From Antedon mediterranea (Eukaryota; Animalia; Echinodermata): 64,000 nucleotides of DNA. The position numbers and the translations under genes are program-made. Location: NCBI RefSeq assembly GCF_964355755.1, contig NC_092670.1, positions 18,834,795 to 18,898,794 on the forward strand. Reading direction: 5' to 3'. Positions 48,701 to 62,207 of this stretch are shown one piece after another; the stretch's first letter is position 1; each line of letters begins with the position of its first letter. Under the pieces are notes generated by a model. It had not been told where the DNA came from, searched no databases, and was given only the letters and a program-made list of their open reading frames with translations.

Positions 48701-51700
48701 GAGATGTTTTTGAAAGAAAGCTAGAGAACCATTCAGCCAAACAGCTGCTGGTTTTGTAACCAGCGTTGACAAACATGTGTATTACCGTATAGGAGAAAGT
48801 GAGAAGAAACTGCACTTTTATCTGTGAATACAAGAATTTCCGAATTAAAAAATGAATATTTGAAATGCAAATTATGCTAATTTAAAAATCTTTAGCTGAA
48901 CATTTTCCAAACGTTTAGGTACGTACGGTAACAAAGTTCGATGACAAAAACATCTCCTTTTCAAATTCTGCACTTTAGTAGGCCTACACCAGCTTAAATA
49001 ATTGAATTAAATATCATTATGTTTTCTGTTTGCTTCGCAGGTCGAATACATGGGAACCAGAGGATAATATACTTGACCGTGGGCTCATACGCTTATTCGA
49101 AATACAAGAAAGGTAATAAGAGATGTTTCACACTCACGCAATGACGTCACGAGCTCCATTCACACTATTGAGTTCCGTTTAACCATGGAGAAATATTATT
49201 TCTCCATGGTTTAACCAATTTTGTTCAGTTAATTTATTAGAAATGGAAAATAGAGCAAAATTAAAGAGTAGGCCAACAATATTGGAATTGAAGAAGGCAG
49301 TATAAATGAATTAATAATGTCGGTCTTTCTCCAACATCAGACATAATAGGCCTAACCGTGTAACTGAATTATTCACTCGCAGTATGATGGTTATAGCCTC
49401 ATCCAGAGACTATAGTATATCTGAAAATGCCAGACCCATATACGTGTAGTGAACGAAAGTCATATTCATTGATTAAATGTTTTAATATTTCCTGTAACGT
49501 TACATTTTATCATTCTCCGTGGGCTTGTGACCCGTTGAAATCATCATCTCTCGAAAGAGTAGAGCTTACGAACAAACCATTCCTCTGAGAAATGTTTCTG
49601 CGTATGAACATAAATCCGGCAATAACTGTACTGGGGTTACTTTATACTTACATACTATGTATCTTATGGTAATGTGGCATTAATTTCCATACCGATAAGA
49701 CCTCTTAATCCCGCTCTTAATACCCAAAACGCGGTTGATTCTTAATCCATGGCTTATCAAGTCTCAACAGTTCAGATTAACTTTATTTTGGTCTAGAATC
49801 ATTATTGCCTATTTAAAACTATACATTGATATGTATCTAAATTCACATTATGAGCAAGATTTTGATTATTTATGTGTTTCTTACAGACTAAAGGAAGACA
49901 AAAATGCAATCCGTAGATCCAAGAAACGGAAACATGTTTTAAGTCCCAGAAAACAGGTAAGATATTACTATATTTATTATGCAGAACCCCTACTACAAAT
50001 ATTCACCAGATCAAGTTAGTTCAGTTTGAAACGAAACAAAAACATAAAACAAAATCATACGATAAAATGTTTTCGAGGGCGTTAATTGGTACGTTGCATT
50101 CATCATATACTGCCACAACTATATTAGTGGTTTGGGTAAATTTGAAAGGACATAATTGTTTAAAAAAATTAAGTAGATAATATACATAACTTCCTAAGAA
50201 GACGTGAAATTAAACCTGAACCAGAAGCACTAGAACATATTCCAACAATTAATGAACCAATCCAATAACAGTTCTATTATAGCGTATCCATACCGTATTC
50301 TATGGTGTACATTTTCGTTGATTTGCGTCAACCACGATCTAAATTTATCCGCATCCGCCGGCGGGCTAACTTATATTTAGTTAGTACCAGTATTATAGAT
50401 TTTAACTGCATTACCATCTGTTAAGCTTGGGGAAACAGAGTGAATGTGTCCGTAGACTTTGCAAATCGATACTACAAATTGTAATTAAGATTTACAATGT
50501 TTTATAGTTTAAGCTTGGTTCCCACTAGCGACGCAATCTACGCAACGTAAGAAAATGCCCTTCCAATCATTGTGCTTTCCCCCGCCTGCGTAAAATCAAA
50601 CCTACGATGTTTGCAGCACTGTTGCGTCGTCGTCGGTTCCCACTTGTGATTACGCAATACATCACTTTGCGTCAATACGTCGCTGCGTTACGCTGCGTTG
50701 CGTTCTAGTCGGAACCATGCTTAAGGAGAGTCACCAAATAGTAACTATTTGTATTCCGAGTGATAAAATACAAAGTTTACATTCTAATTTAATACATACA
50801 CTGTATCTGAGAATCTGTCTTGATATTGGACATAGTGACATAATGTAGAAATACCGTACATTCAGGTGCTTATAATGATTTATAGGCATATTCTATTAAT
50901 GAATAATGATCATATTAATGAACAATACGTGTTAGATCACCATTTCCTGCTGAATCGGCAAATATAACTTTGCATTGTCGGAGAAACTCCATGCTCCGTA
51001 CTTCAAAATTACGCTTTAATATAAAGTAGAGGCCTAGATTGCTCAAATCGAATTAGAAACCATTACATCCCAGTGGGTTAGTGGCAGGGTGTCAACTTCG
51101 AGTCTCTTCGTTTTACTGTTTTTTACCTCAGATTCTCATCTTTAATGTTTACACATTTGTTTGGTTCGTGTTTATACATTCGAGAATTAAATTACATACT
51201 AATTATAAGACCGATGTTATCGAACTCTTCAAAAGCATAGATTGTATACTGATTTAATTGGAATTGAATCAGGATATGGCTTTATGATCATCTAAATGAT
51301 TCGTTGAAACCATCTATTAAACGGTTTTATTGTCTGTAATACTGTTTGCTTTCAAAGATAAAATAATTATTATATCTTAGCACTAGTCTAGATTTAAATT
51401 GCTGATTTTGTGAAACCCTACTTATTCTTATAAACTGTATTAATTCACAATAATGGAATTAAACGATAACTGATTTGCATATTTGTTTGTACTTAACTGT
51501 AAATTAACTGTAAACTAAACCACTAACAATATAAATTGAATTTCTATTGATAAGTATAGGCCTAATACATATAAAATGAAGTGTTTTTTTTTATATTAAT
51601 TTTAGCGTTTAATAATTACAACATTTCTTCAAAATGGACATTATTATACAAGAAAGTCTATTATTTTTTTGATACTATAACTATTTTTCTCTTAAAATAA

Positions 51701-52708
51701 TTGAGAATTGTTGACTTAAAACAATTCCTTCATTGGAAATAGAACCTGCTTGTACTTGTAGTATAAGTTATGGGTAGCCTCAAGTTTTAGTTTTATTTGA
51801 GCTTTATATTAATTACATTAATTCTGTTATTTTTACAGTATGCTAATTGTTACAGCTACACGACCAGGGAGCCCATAGAGTCAGATGACGTTAAACTAGA
51901 CTACAAAAACAGCTCAAAGCAACTGACTATGCGTCTGAAAATAGCCAAAGGCTCAGACTGGAATCAAGAAAACTCAAAATACACAAAACCTAAACAGAGT
52001 TGGATAAAATGCAATCGGCAAATGGCACTGGTCCAACCGCCTAACGAACTCGATTGCCTTAGACGAATTAAATTCAAATTGGAAAGAGTTCGGTATGAGC
52101 CGCCATCATCATCATCATCTGCTGGTAACTTCGCTGGAAGCACAGTACTGGATGTAAATCAAAACAATCTATTTGTCCAAGACTACATTGTTCCGCCAAG
52201 GAAATCTTACGAAGAGACGACGGCGCTAACACAAGGGTTGTCAGATCAGTGCGTGGACGATTTACCATCTGTAAATATCTGCCACAGTGAGGATGATGTT
52301 AGTCAGAAGGAACAATTTACTCCGTTTTCAAATTTACGTAAAAATGATGATTCAACGAACAAAATTGACAATCAAGTTCCACATGGCTTTGATACTCATC
52401 AGCCTTGTGATAATTACACCTTTAACCAAAGACAAACTCTGGCAGCTAGTGCCCATGATGATCTTCCATGTCCCGAGGTAGCTAGCCTGCTAAACCAGTC
52501 CCAGCCAAGGCCCGAGTACCTCCCTCTCAACTTGACACCGTATACGTATGACCATAACATTCCATCCCCACAAACCCCTGACTCTGGTGTCAGTCTCGGG
52601 GAGGACAATATGGAGATCATGACAACCTGCAGTCCTACGACAGTACAACTATCGACAACTACAAGGAACACATTCCAACAAACAAATGTTCCCCAGTCAT
52701 GGTTATAA
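45773..52708 (+). CDS. Polycomb-type chromobox (CBX2/4/6/7/8-like) chromodomain protein lacking a visible Pc box
   Basis: In-phase exons 45773-45865, 47411-47454, 49041-49112, 49887-49956 and 51839-52708. The chromodomain reads EGVYVADSIRRRRIRK|GRIEYLVKWRGWSNK|SNTWEPEDNILDRGLI with the Y/W/W cage. Intron positions resemble vertebrate Pc-group CBX genes. Confidence 0.88.
47197..47270 (+). mobile_element. tRNA-like SINE head or tRNA pseudogene
   Basis: B box GGTTCGAGTCCC and an anticodon-arm-like ccagg ctagtga tctgg, but no acceptor-stem pairing. Confidence 0.5.
49184..49208. mobile_element. 25-bp hairpin with 7-bp TSD (P-superfamily footprint-like)
   Basis: gtttaac|catggagaaata t tatttctccatg|gtttaac. 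Confidence 0.78.
50512..50721. mobile_element. MITE family B-related copy
   Basis: tta|agcttggttcccactagcgacgca ... tgcgttctagtcggaaccatgct|taa. Confidence 0.75.
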
Positions 52709-52876
52709 CAGTTATATAAAAATATCTTGATTTCTATATATAGCCTATATATATAGGTAACTTTATTCCAAAAAATGTAACAAAACCACGCACTGTGGAT
52801 TTACAAAATCTGATACGTTCTTATATGCATGCATCCTACAACAACAAAAAATATAAAATAATGTAAAAATAAAGAT

Positions 52877-53200
52877 TCAAAATAACAAAAGCCACTTATT
52901 TCTGTTGCTGGCAATCTCACGCAAATTAATTAGGTCGTTAAAATTATTTATCTTAAAATTTCTGATAAATAAATCATTTCTAAGTGTACTTAACAGATTG
53001 GTTTGATGTTTTCCAATTCGCCCTTTTATTGGATTAGAGTGTACTATACCAAACACCAATGCTGAAAAAGCAGGAGTATCTTCACTCATTCTAAGTATAT
53101 GGCCAAGCATAGACCACCTAAGTTCATTTACATTCTCAGATAAAGGTTTAGTATTTGTTACCAAATATAACTTATTATTGCTAATCTTTTTCGGATTTCT
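52877..53200 (-). mobile_element. RTE-like LINE 3' remnant
   Basis: LRWSMLGHILRMSEDTPA..KGRIGKHQT..ASNRNKW is a typical RTE-clade C-terminus. Confidence 0.7.
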
Positions 53201-54115
53201 ATAGGCCTACTGACACCATTTTAGTGAGGCATGAAAGAAATTTCAATCCAATAACAGTGAAGCTTATTAATTGCCTTCATTTCAATTTAAAACCACAGCT
53301 AACTGATCATAAATACTACAAAAAGCATGTGGTGGCGGCCAATATTTACATCACAATAGTTAATTAAATTCAATAATAATTCAATTAAGCTATATTCAGT
53401 GTGTAAAGTTTTGTCATTTGTTTTTGAAGAAGAAAGTATTTTTAGTCTAGGGAGTGACTGTTTTAAATCATATGTATGTGTATTGGAAATGTCAGCCTTT
53501 AAAAGACTATTCAGAGATACAGTAGTACTAGTAGATGTATACACTTACAGATGAAAAATAATAATAAATATCAATGAATCAAAAGAAAAACAATTGTTGT
53601 GGTTTTGTGAAAACCGGCTCAACTGTTTATTTGTCCATTTCCACATACCTAAAATCTAGCAATATTATAATGCTTTTTGGATAAACAATCTGCCTTTGTT
53701 TTCGACTTCTCCGCACCAATACATACTTTTGAATAATATTGTTGTTGTGCATGTACTTAAATACCCTCTACCTTGTGGTCTTTGGTATACTCGCATCGTA
53801 ATCCTTATAATACCGATAACCCATAACAACAATTCGTTGTTTATTCATTTATCATTCATAATTTTAACTCATACGTGATACGTGTGTGATGCACTTAAGA
53901 TTGAATCACAATTACTCATAATTTATGTTTTATACACAGCATTCAGTTGAAATTAGCAATCATATCACGTATATTTATTCTAAATGTTTAAAGGTGTAAT
54001 CTGGCCTACATTCTAAATTTTGTACATTATCGTGACAAACTGGGAGTTAAAATGTATATCACGTGTTAAGCTTTGAATATCGTGTACATAATATACTGGC
54101 GTATTTCATATTTTA

Positions 54116-54632
54116 AACGTGTTCCCACTTGGGACGCAACGCAGAGATGTTGTACTACAATTTAATGGTTCCCACTAAAGCTTGGTTCCCACTAGGATGT
54201 AACGCAAGGACATAAACGCAACGCAAGCGTGTTGACCAAAAAATCTATCGCTTGTGATTGGTAAAATAACTTATTATACTGTAGTGGAAACCAAGTATTA
54301 GACGCAAGGACGTACTGTAAGTAATTTGACCAATCAAAAGCGATGGATTATCCGAAATGTTGCTTGTCATTGATCAATTCGATTGCGTTGTGCCTACGTC
54401 ATTTAGCCTTTATTAAAGCTTAGTTCCCACTAGAACGTAACGCAAGGACGTAAACGCAACGTAAGCGTTTTATCCAATGACAAGCGAAGTTATAGACAGT
54501 TAGCAATCACAAGCGAATACGCCATCGCTTGTGATTGGTCACTTCGCTTGCGTTGCGTTTACGTCCTTGCGTTACGTTCTAGTGGGAACCAAGCTTAGCA
54601 GGCGGGAACCAATCTTTAGTGAACACCAAGCT
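54116..54632. mobile_element. Nested cluster of MITE family B elements
   Basis: Four gttcccact left ends (~54121, 54168, 54186, 54423) and several gtgggaacc-like right ends. The copy at 54417-54595 is a near-perfect foldback. Confidence 0.8.
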
Positions 54633-55049
54633 GTTGGTGGTAGACCTACGTTCGATGATCGTGACATTGCCATTTTGTCCTTCCTTTAGTGATTAACATG
54701 TAATATATTCATGCCGAAAAATAATTATAATAAAATATTATTATTATATTAACAATATTTGATTCTACGTGTCCAATTTACATTAATTGTGGACTTTATT
54801 GATTGAAGTATTAAGATATTGCAAAGAAGATCAAGGTGTGATTGAAATAAATGTGAAATTACAAGTCACAAATTGACTAAGTGGTGAATGACGTAATATC
54901 CATAATTATTCAGCTTTTGAATGACCTCTCTTACTTTAAATTATGTTGTCTTTATAATAATCAACGGTGATAAAAGGGGTATATAAGTCATTCAGTTGTG
55001 TCTAAGTTAAATATAAACGGTTATGTGATTTCGTAAATGATAACAACAG

Positions 55050-55470
55050 TGATATAAGATACAAGATACAAGTCTACTTTATTGTAATCATTTTACAATT
55101 TTTAGATATGTTTTGTACCATAGTAGATCATTAAATAATGTAAAGTAATAAATATTTAAATAAATGAATACAAGTTACTCTCTTTTAAAGTTTTGATTAA
55201 ATAAATTGCATGCCATGTAGCCTACAGTGTTGAAAATCTGAAACGGTTTGTTGAAATTGTGTTCTGTGTCAGTTTTATAGCCCTTCCTGATCTGCTAATA
55301 ATAATATCTGAGTATAATGGGTGGGCTGAGTCTTGTATAATTTAGTTAATTTTCATAAGATATGATATGATACGGTCTTTCATTAACGTTCTTTTCCAAA
55401 GACATTTTTTGGGTTGTTAGATGCGCATGGGCACAGATTTTATGCCACAAGAGTATACTGAAACTTAATT
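55050..55470 (-). mobile_element. LINE (L2/Rex-like) 3' remnant
   Basis: CAATAAAG followed by a (TCTTGTA)n tail, and an RSGR-like motif on the minus strand. Confidence 0.4.
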
Positions 55471-57380
55471 AATTTTAGTTTAAACCAAAAATGCACAAAA
55501 ATGTGCATGGTCACGTTACTCATAAATAGGCCTACAGTATAAGAAATGTTTATCATAGAAATTTCGTACTTCATAAAATAGAATTTCCATTCAAAATTTG
55601 GTATTTCAAGAGATGTAATGTTTTAAATACGTCTGTTTAAACATTATTATTTTAATTACCGTACTGTGGTAAATAATGCTGGTACTGCACATGGTACGAC
55701 GATGCGTGATGCCGATGTCGCTTAGTTTGAGTTTCAGAGGAATTGACCCAGCTTTGAATGACATCAAATAGCTACATTCAATTTATTTTCTCGTTATAAA
55801 TTCATTTGCTAACCATATAAAATTTCAAAAATAATATCACATAACATTCATTGAAAAGAAACAATAAGCATGTTGAAGATAGAAATATTAATTTAGTCAT
55901 AAAGAATTATTGAAAAATCAATAGAGTCTCACTTTCTCCACTTCTTACGTAAATGTTAAAACAAGTAAGCATTGTATAGTATAGCGTGTGCCTACCACCA
56001 CCGCCCATTCACTTTGTTCTTTCATTGGAAAAAAGTATAAAAGTTCAAAGTTACATCATAGTCCTAAAATAAGATGAAAATAATATGGGAATACTTGAAG
56101 ACGATGACGTCAGACCGTTCCTGAATACTGTAGTCATCTCGCAAAAACAAACAAAACACAAGATGAGAGACCCAAAAGGCCCAAAAATACCTCGGGGAAA
56201 CAGCCTATTTGCACAAAGAAACAAATTCAATCCTTTACTTTTCTAAAATGTGCATGCTATCAAAACTTCATCCGTATCAATATAATTGCCTTGTGGAAAC
56301 AAGCTTTATATTTGCAAGAAAATAAGCTGTTTGATTCATTTTATTAAGTTTGAAATTCGTCAGTTAAAAATACATCGCATAAACGAATTGCAATGAAATT
56401 TATCGGTACAATTTATTAGTTTACTAGTTTTCTTCACTCAGTTAATATATAGTCACACTTACAAACAACTCACGCATTCCCTTCATAAGAAGATTATACA
56501 TTTAAGATTTATTACTCTCTGAAAATATCCTTTTTTTTATCTTTTATTTATCTATTTGTGAGATTTCGTTTATCTAATTTGTACATCAAATCGTGATCGG
56601 CAACCTTTTATGATGACATATTTATTATGTGATTGGATAGTAATTCAGCTACTCTTGCTAATGTTATATTGCTGACGAATGTCATATTTAATTACGGCTA
56701 TATGTAGCTGGCTTTTATGAATATTCTAAGAGCAGAAATACGTCATCTGAATGTATCGTAATACACACACACATACACCCACACTATATTGCCATATTTT
56801 TTAAACTATAATGAAACTTTGTTTGTGTAGAAATAGTTTTGCCTGACAATGACATGTTTATGTTTGTGGATTTTTAAAACCATTGTCATCATCTTACTGC
56901 TTACGCCACTGTTACATATTTGATGTATTGTATTTATCCACCTCATATCAAAAACGCATATCTCATACTTTTCATCATCGTTATCGTTATCATACCAATC
57001 GTGGTAGGGCTACTCATAAATTATAGTCATTGACGTCATTATCATCGTTGTTCGCAATGAGGAAAATATCCTTTTTAACGAGTATACACAGATGCGTGTA
57101 CGATTTTAAGACAGTTGCAAATAGTAAAAATCCATACAAAGAATATTCGTGTAATGTAGATATTCTATTGGAAGAATGTTACAGAAGTACCATACTATGG
57201 CGCCCCGTACCATACACCAGTTACTTGACGCAATGGTTAAATAATTCAATCCCTCCACGGGGTACATTCCTTTCACTCATATAAACTATAGATTTTATCT
57301 GAATTACGTGACCGACAGTGAACACCAGTAAATTTAATCCCAACCAATATTTATTTAACACAAATTATTCATGAACCATC

Positions 57381-57433
57381 TGGTATCACATTGCATAATA
57401 TAATATGGTATCACATTGCATAATATATAATAT
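57381..57433. repeat. Exact short tandem duplication
   Basis: tggtatcacattgcataatatataata occurs twice in tandem. Confidence 0.8.
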
Positions 57434-57496
57434 ACCGATATGATAATCATTGTCCGTTTCATTTGGTCAGACTGTCTTCTTAGTCATTGGCCTACT

Positions 57497-57542
57497 CATT
57501 GAGGTATAACATTAATTTTAAAACTAATTTTATACCTCTATG
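57497..57542. mobile_element. 46-bp foldback with 7-bp TSD (P-superfamily footprint-like)
   Basis: gcctact|cattgaggtataa..ttatacctctatg|gcctact. Confidence 0.7.
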
Positions 57543-58263
57543 GCCTACTTATCTAATAAAAATCCTACCATGAAACCTTACATTACCTTTTTTCAAGAAT
57601 TTTTTTAAATTTTAAACAAATATTAGTTTCTATGTAAAAAGGTATAAATAAAAGGCACATTTCCATAAAACATTATGTATAGCATTCTGAATGGCATTTT
57701 TGTTTGTTATTAGTGTCTAATAACAATTCAATTGTAATCAGTATCTTTTCTTTTCTCGTGATAAATGAGAAACATCTTTTTTACATGCTCAACGCTGCGA
57801 CTAGCTGAGGCAATTAAAGTAATGTTCTCGTAAATTGACGACGAGCGAGTATGTTTATGCTGATGACACGTTAAGAATACAAAGAAGAAAATACAATTTC
57901 TGTCACCGTAATCATACGTGAATATAGCCTAATTCGAAGGTCAATGCACGAGTAAAAATGCAAAACAAGATTGATGACGTCGCGTCGTACTGCGGCCACT
58001 TAAAGGTACGCACTAAAACGAAAATTAACACTGTAAATAATTAGACGGAATATATAGCTCATGTTCATACACAGTATGTTGTTAATGTTCTACTACGTTA
58101 GAGTAAGGTCATTACGAATTCGTTAATTACATTTTTCGTTCATTGATAGATCAGTGTGATGACGCTCGACTTTATTAAAAATCGTTAGTAATATAATAAT
58201 AGCCAAGGGACTTATAACTGGATTAGACAAACAAACAGTTAACAATTTGAATACAGGTTATAA

Positions 58264-58414
58264 AGCTCTCTCTACACTATTAAACTTTATGTGACAAAAC
58301 ATGTGATGTGCCCATATATGAACGATGTCACTATCAATTATTTAGGCATATCACTACCATATTTAGGCACATCACACTTTTGTTGTCAAACTAGTTTGAT
58401 AGTGTAGACAGAGC
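58264..58414. mobile_element. MITE family A copy
   Basis: Full TIRs and internal repeats. Confidence 0.8.
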
Positions 58415-59167
58415 TTTATGTAATTATTATATAGCATGTCAACATTTTTGAGAATATTGTTTGTCACATGTAATATCAAATAATATAGTTTTATCAGTGG
58501 ACGTTTCAATTAACTGTGTGTGTGTGTGTGACACATTAAGTGTGTGACACACGTTATTAGGACAGGTATGGCAACAGATTACCCATCATTCATGTGTAGC
58601 CTACACGTCGTACACGCATGTAAACTTGTGCCATGTAAATTCTTATTCCAAGCTCAAGACAACAGCTCACAACTTGATATGAACTAAAACATTAATATTC
58701 AGTCTACCAAAGAATGTAGAAGAAACAATTTTAATATTGGATTTGTCGATAAAATAGGCCAATATTTCTTTTTGTTCGAATCTATGAAAATCAACCTTTT
58801 TGTGTTTACCTTCAGGTTTTAGGCCTATTATGTTTATATATAAAGTCCAGAATGATTGAGACAATGATGAGCGATATTTTGTAAAATATGATTAATTGCA
58901 GACTGTCTCCTGATGGATAGTAAACAAATGATATCCGAATCTAATTTTAACAAATTACTTTCATGTAAAAAAAAAACATAACAAACGATGTATGTGCGTC
59001 ACTGTCGCGTCATAACTGCCGCTCGATACGCGACAATATAATTACGATTATTTTAATTGGTGGTTGTTGTGAATTTCAAAACTTTTAATGAATCATTCAT
59101 TTAATGCATACTTCTTTCTCGTCTACAATGACACCTTGAGATAGCTATTGTTGTCTCGGGTAACAGA

Positions 59168-59313
59168 AGCTTGGATCCCACTAGGATATAACGAAAGGAG
59201 GACGTACGTAAGCGCAACGAAATCGAGATAAACAATGACAGTTTGAATCGCAACGCATTGACTGCGTTATGCTTACGACCAAGCTTGTGTTACGTCCTAG
59301 TGGGAATCAAGCT
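59168..59313. mobile_element. MITE family B copy
   Basis: agcttggatcccactagga ... tcctagtgggaatcaagct. Confidence 0.75.
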
Positions 59314-61629
59314 TTATTCCATAACTCGCGCTACTTGAAATAGCGCGACAAGAAAACTGATGCGACATGCGCAATATCACATCTGTGTGTGCGTTATATG
59401 CACGCTGTGCGTTGAAGTTGCCATAATATGCGGACAGTGGTGTGTCATTCATCATCTTCAAGAAAGCAACAATTATCCCACGGTAATTTTTTTAGCCGGC
59501 AGAGTCCTTCCTCTCAATCGTAAAGTGTTATTATAATATTCTTTTCATATATTTTGACACTTAATTCAGGACTACTGAAAATTTTGCAATGGCATGTCAA
59601 TTGTCTAAATATTGAACTATTTTTATTCAATAGCAAAGATTTCACGCTGAGTTTTGGATGCTGACGGCCGGAAAATATGCATAACTCACGTCCGACGAAT
59701 TAACAGTTCTCATAATAAAGTAGGCCATAGGACAACTGATACTCTTAATCGTATTGGAAATATTAGCAAAAACCCATTGCCTGAAAAATATAGGATTTAC
59801 CATTACAAAAATTCTGATTATTATTATACAGTATTTAACACTTTCTTTCAACGTCTACCACACGTCCATATGTGTGAGTTTATTAATCATTGGTTTCAAA
59901 TAAATAAATTAAAATTGCTTCTTATAAAGTGTTTCGTTTATTTCAAAATCCTGGATCCGCCACATTGTCACAGTCAGCAACCAGATTCTATTCTCCTCTT
60001 GAGTGAGATAAGGCTCTTGACTGACCCTCTATAGTCACTTCAGACCATTCAAACAACCTTCGCAAGACATCCCGACCGTCGTCAATTGAGCCTACTTTTA
60101 GTTTGTTATTATATACGGTACAGTTGCAAATTGAGTTGTGGCCATTCATCACCTCCCTTATATATACGATGTCTGACCCTTTTGTATCCCCTGATATCTA
60201 CAAAGTTCATCGCCTGGAAAAGAAGCGTGTGCGAGAGGTAGGTGTCCTAGCCCATCTCACCCGTTTGTCCTGGTATCAATATGTGCCAGTTAGTGAAGGC
60301 CCTAAGTATCATTAATCCGCTCTAACACACAGGCTTAGAGAGGTAGACATTGGAAAATGCTTTAACGAAGCCTTAATTTGGTAGATTATTTATCCCATTT
60401 GTATTAGTTCAATTAAAATGTAGGAAGAATCATGAATATTTGGATTTAGACCTAATTCATGCCCCAACAAGGAAAAAATCTGAAAATACCGATATAGCCT
60501 ATTTCCTATAATAGGTGATCTTTCTTCTTTATTAACAATTTGTTTAAACATTTTCTGTGGTTTGTGCATAGCGAAAATTTCGTCAGTTTTTAAAAATACC
60601 TTATTTTAAGAATGTGTCCAACTTTCTAATGGCGATAGCACCCGCCCTTTTAATTACAATACTGCATCTGTTTCTCTAGGGCAAAGTTGAATTCTGGGTC
60701 AAGTGGCGTGGATGGCCAGCCAGGTAAGAAGTTTTAAAATATTACTCTATCTATAGGCATATGCAGTTACTTTATTATATTTAAGTAAGTTTAGTTTTGT
60801 TTATTTAAAATAATGACTTAAATTGGGTGCTAATGATATAAAACTATAGCCAGATAATTTAATTTTTTTTGTAACTACTGTGGAGTAGCTTAATTATATC
60901 ATTTTGTTTTGTCAAGTTTCTATTAGGTAAATCTATGCAAGGTAACAAATTGGCAAAATGAAGGCGTACTGATGTTTTATTGAGCACATTTGTGCAATTC
61001 GGTATATCCAGGAAGTATTTAAGACCCTTAGGACAAAATCCGAATCTAAAAAGCATGTAGGCCTACTTAAGAACACAGGACTATATTCTTTAATTCATCG
61101 GTTTGAACTACATTACTTGGCTCCCATTACTCCAGATATCCTATCATGTTCTTTTCTACCTTTGAATTATACCTCTGTACTATTAACACATCTTATGATC
61201 TTCATAAGATATGCCTACATTGGTCAAGTTTGTGAGACCTTCTTCGTTTTTGACAATTCTCGAGGAACTTTGTACAGTAATCACAATTCTAATTGAGAAA
61301 TTATGTAATCCAATTTGTCACGTACCAGCCTATTAGGTTAATTTCGTGTTGTGTTAGTACCAGACTGTATGATTAAGGTGACGCATGGGAATTAAACATA
61401 TGGCAAAAAGTGTTAATTTATTGCAGGAGCTTTGTATGATAAAGTTTATGAAATGCCCAAAGTCACCTATACCAGGTTTCACTCTTCCTTGATAATCAAA
61501 CATGTAAAGTTTGTTTCGTTTTTTTATTGATTTCCACACATAATTAATAAAAATTATAAGTAACAATAAACATCATACGCCGAGAATGTTAAAGAGTCGC
61601 TATCCAATCGAGTTCGAACAATACCATGA

Positions 61630-61836
61630 AAGCCCCAGTGGTCTAATGGTTAGGACATCTGCATATCAAGCAGGCGGTCCGAGTTCGAGTCTCGGTTGGG
61701 GCGACTTTTTCTCATTCTCACAGATTTCCTCATCTTTATCGTTTCAAATTAATTAATTAAATTTCAATATATCACCGGGCGGTTTAGAATTAATGTTCTT
61801 TGCCTACTGTGTTTATATATATATATATATATATAT
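61630..61836 (+). mobile_element. tRNA-derived SINE with (TA)n tail
   Basis: gccccagtggtctaatggtt A box and gagttcgagtc B box. Body shared with 12953-13140. Confidence 0.8.
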
Positions 61837-62082
61837 ACGTTAAGTCTGGAAAAGAAGTAAAAACTACAGTTTGGTCTCATATATAAGAGAGATGTGTGGC
61901 TGCTGGTGGGCAAATACGTTCAAGGAACTTTAATGCTTACCCAGCAAAAAAAGATACATAAACATAATCTATAATGACGAGTAAAATGTACATTAAGAAT
62001 AGGCCTATAAAAAAACATTTGGCGTTCCATAGTATCCTATAATGTTCAAACAATACATACCATTGGGTGCTTTTATTATTGC

Positions 62083-62207
62083 TTTTAGTCGCTTGGACGC
62101 GACTCTATAGTTCACTATGTCGGTCGGTCTGTCTGTCTGTCGGTCTGTCTGTCGGTCCGGTATCACTATGCGTTTTAGCACCCGACTTATGGCTGTTGGC
62201 CTTGTTC
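62083..62207 (+). mobile_element. DINE-1/Helentron-like short element
   Basis: ttttagtcgc..gcgact sub-terminal inverted repeat, a (GTCT/GTCG)n microsatellite, and an end at ggccttgtt in a T-rich context. Confidence 0.55.

Noticed and set aside
51797-51838. Signal peptide at the start of the 303-aa ORF
   Set aside because: The hydrophobic stretch is the translated polypyrimidine tract of the intron; the exon starts at 51839.
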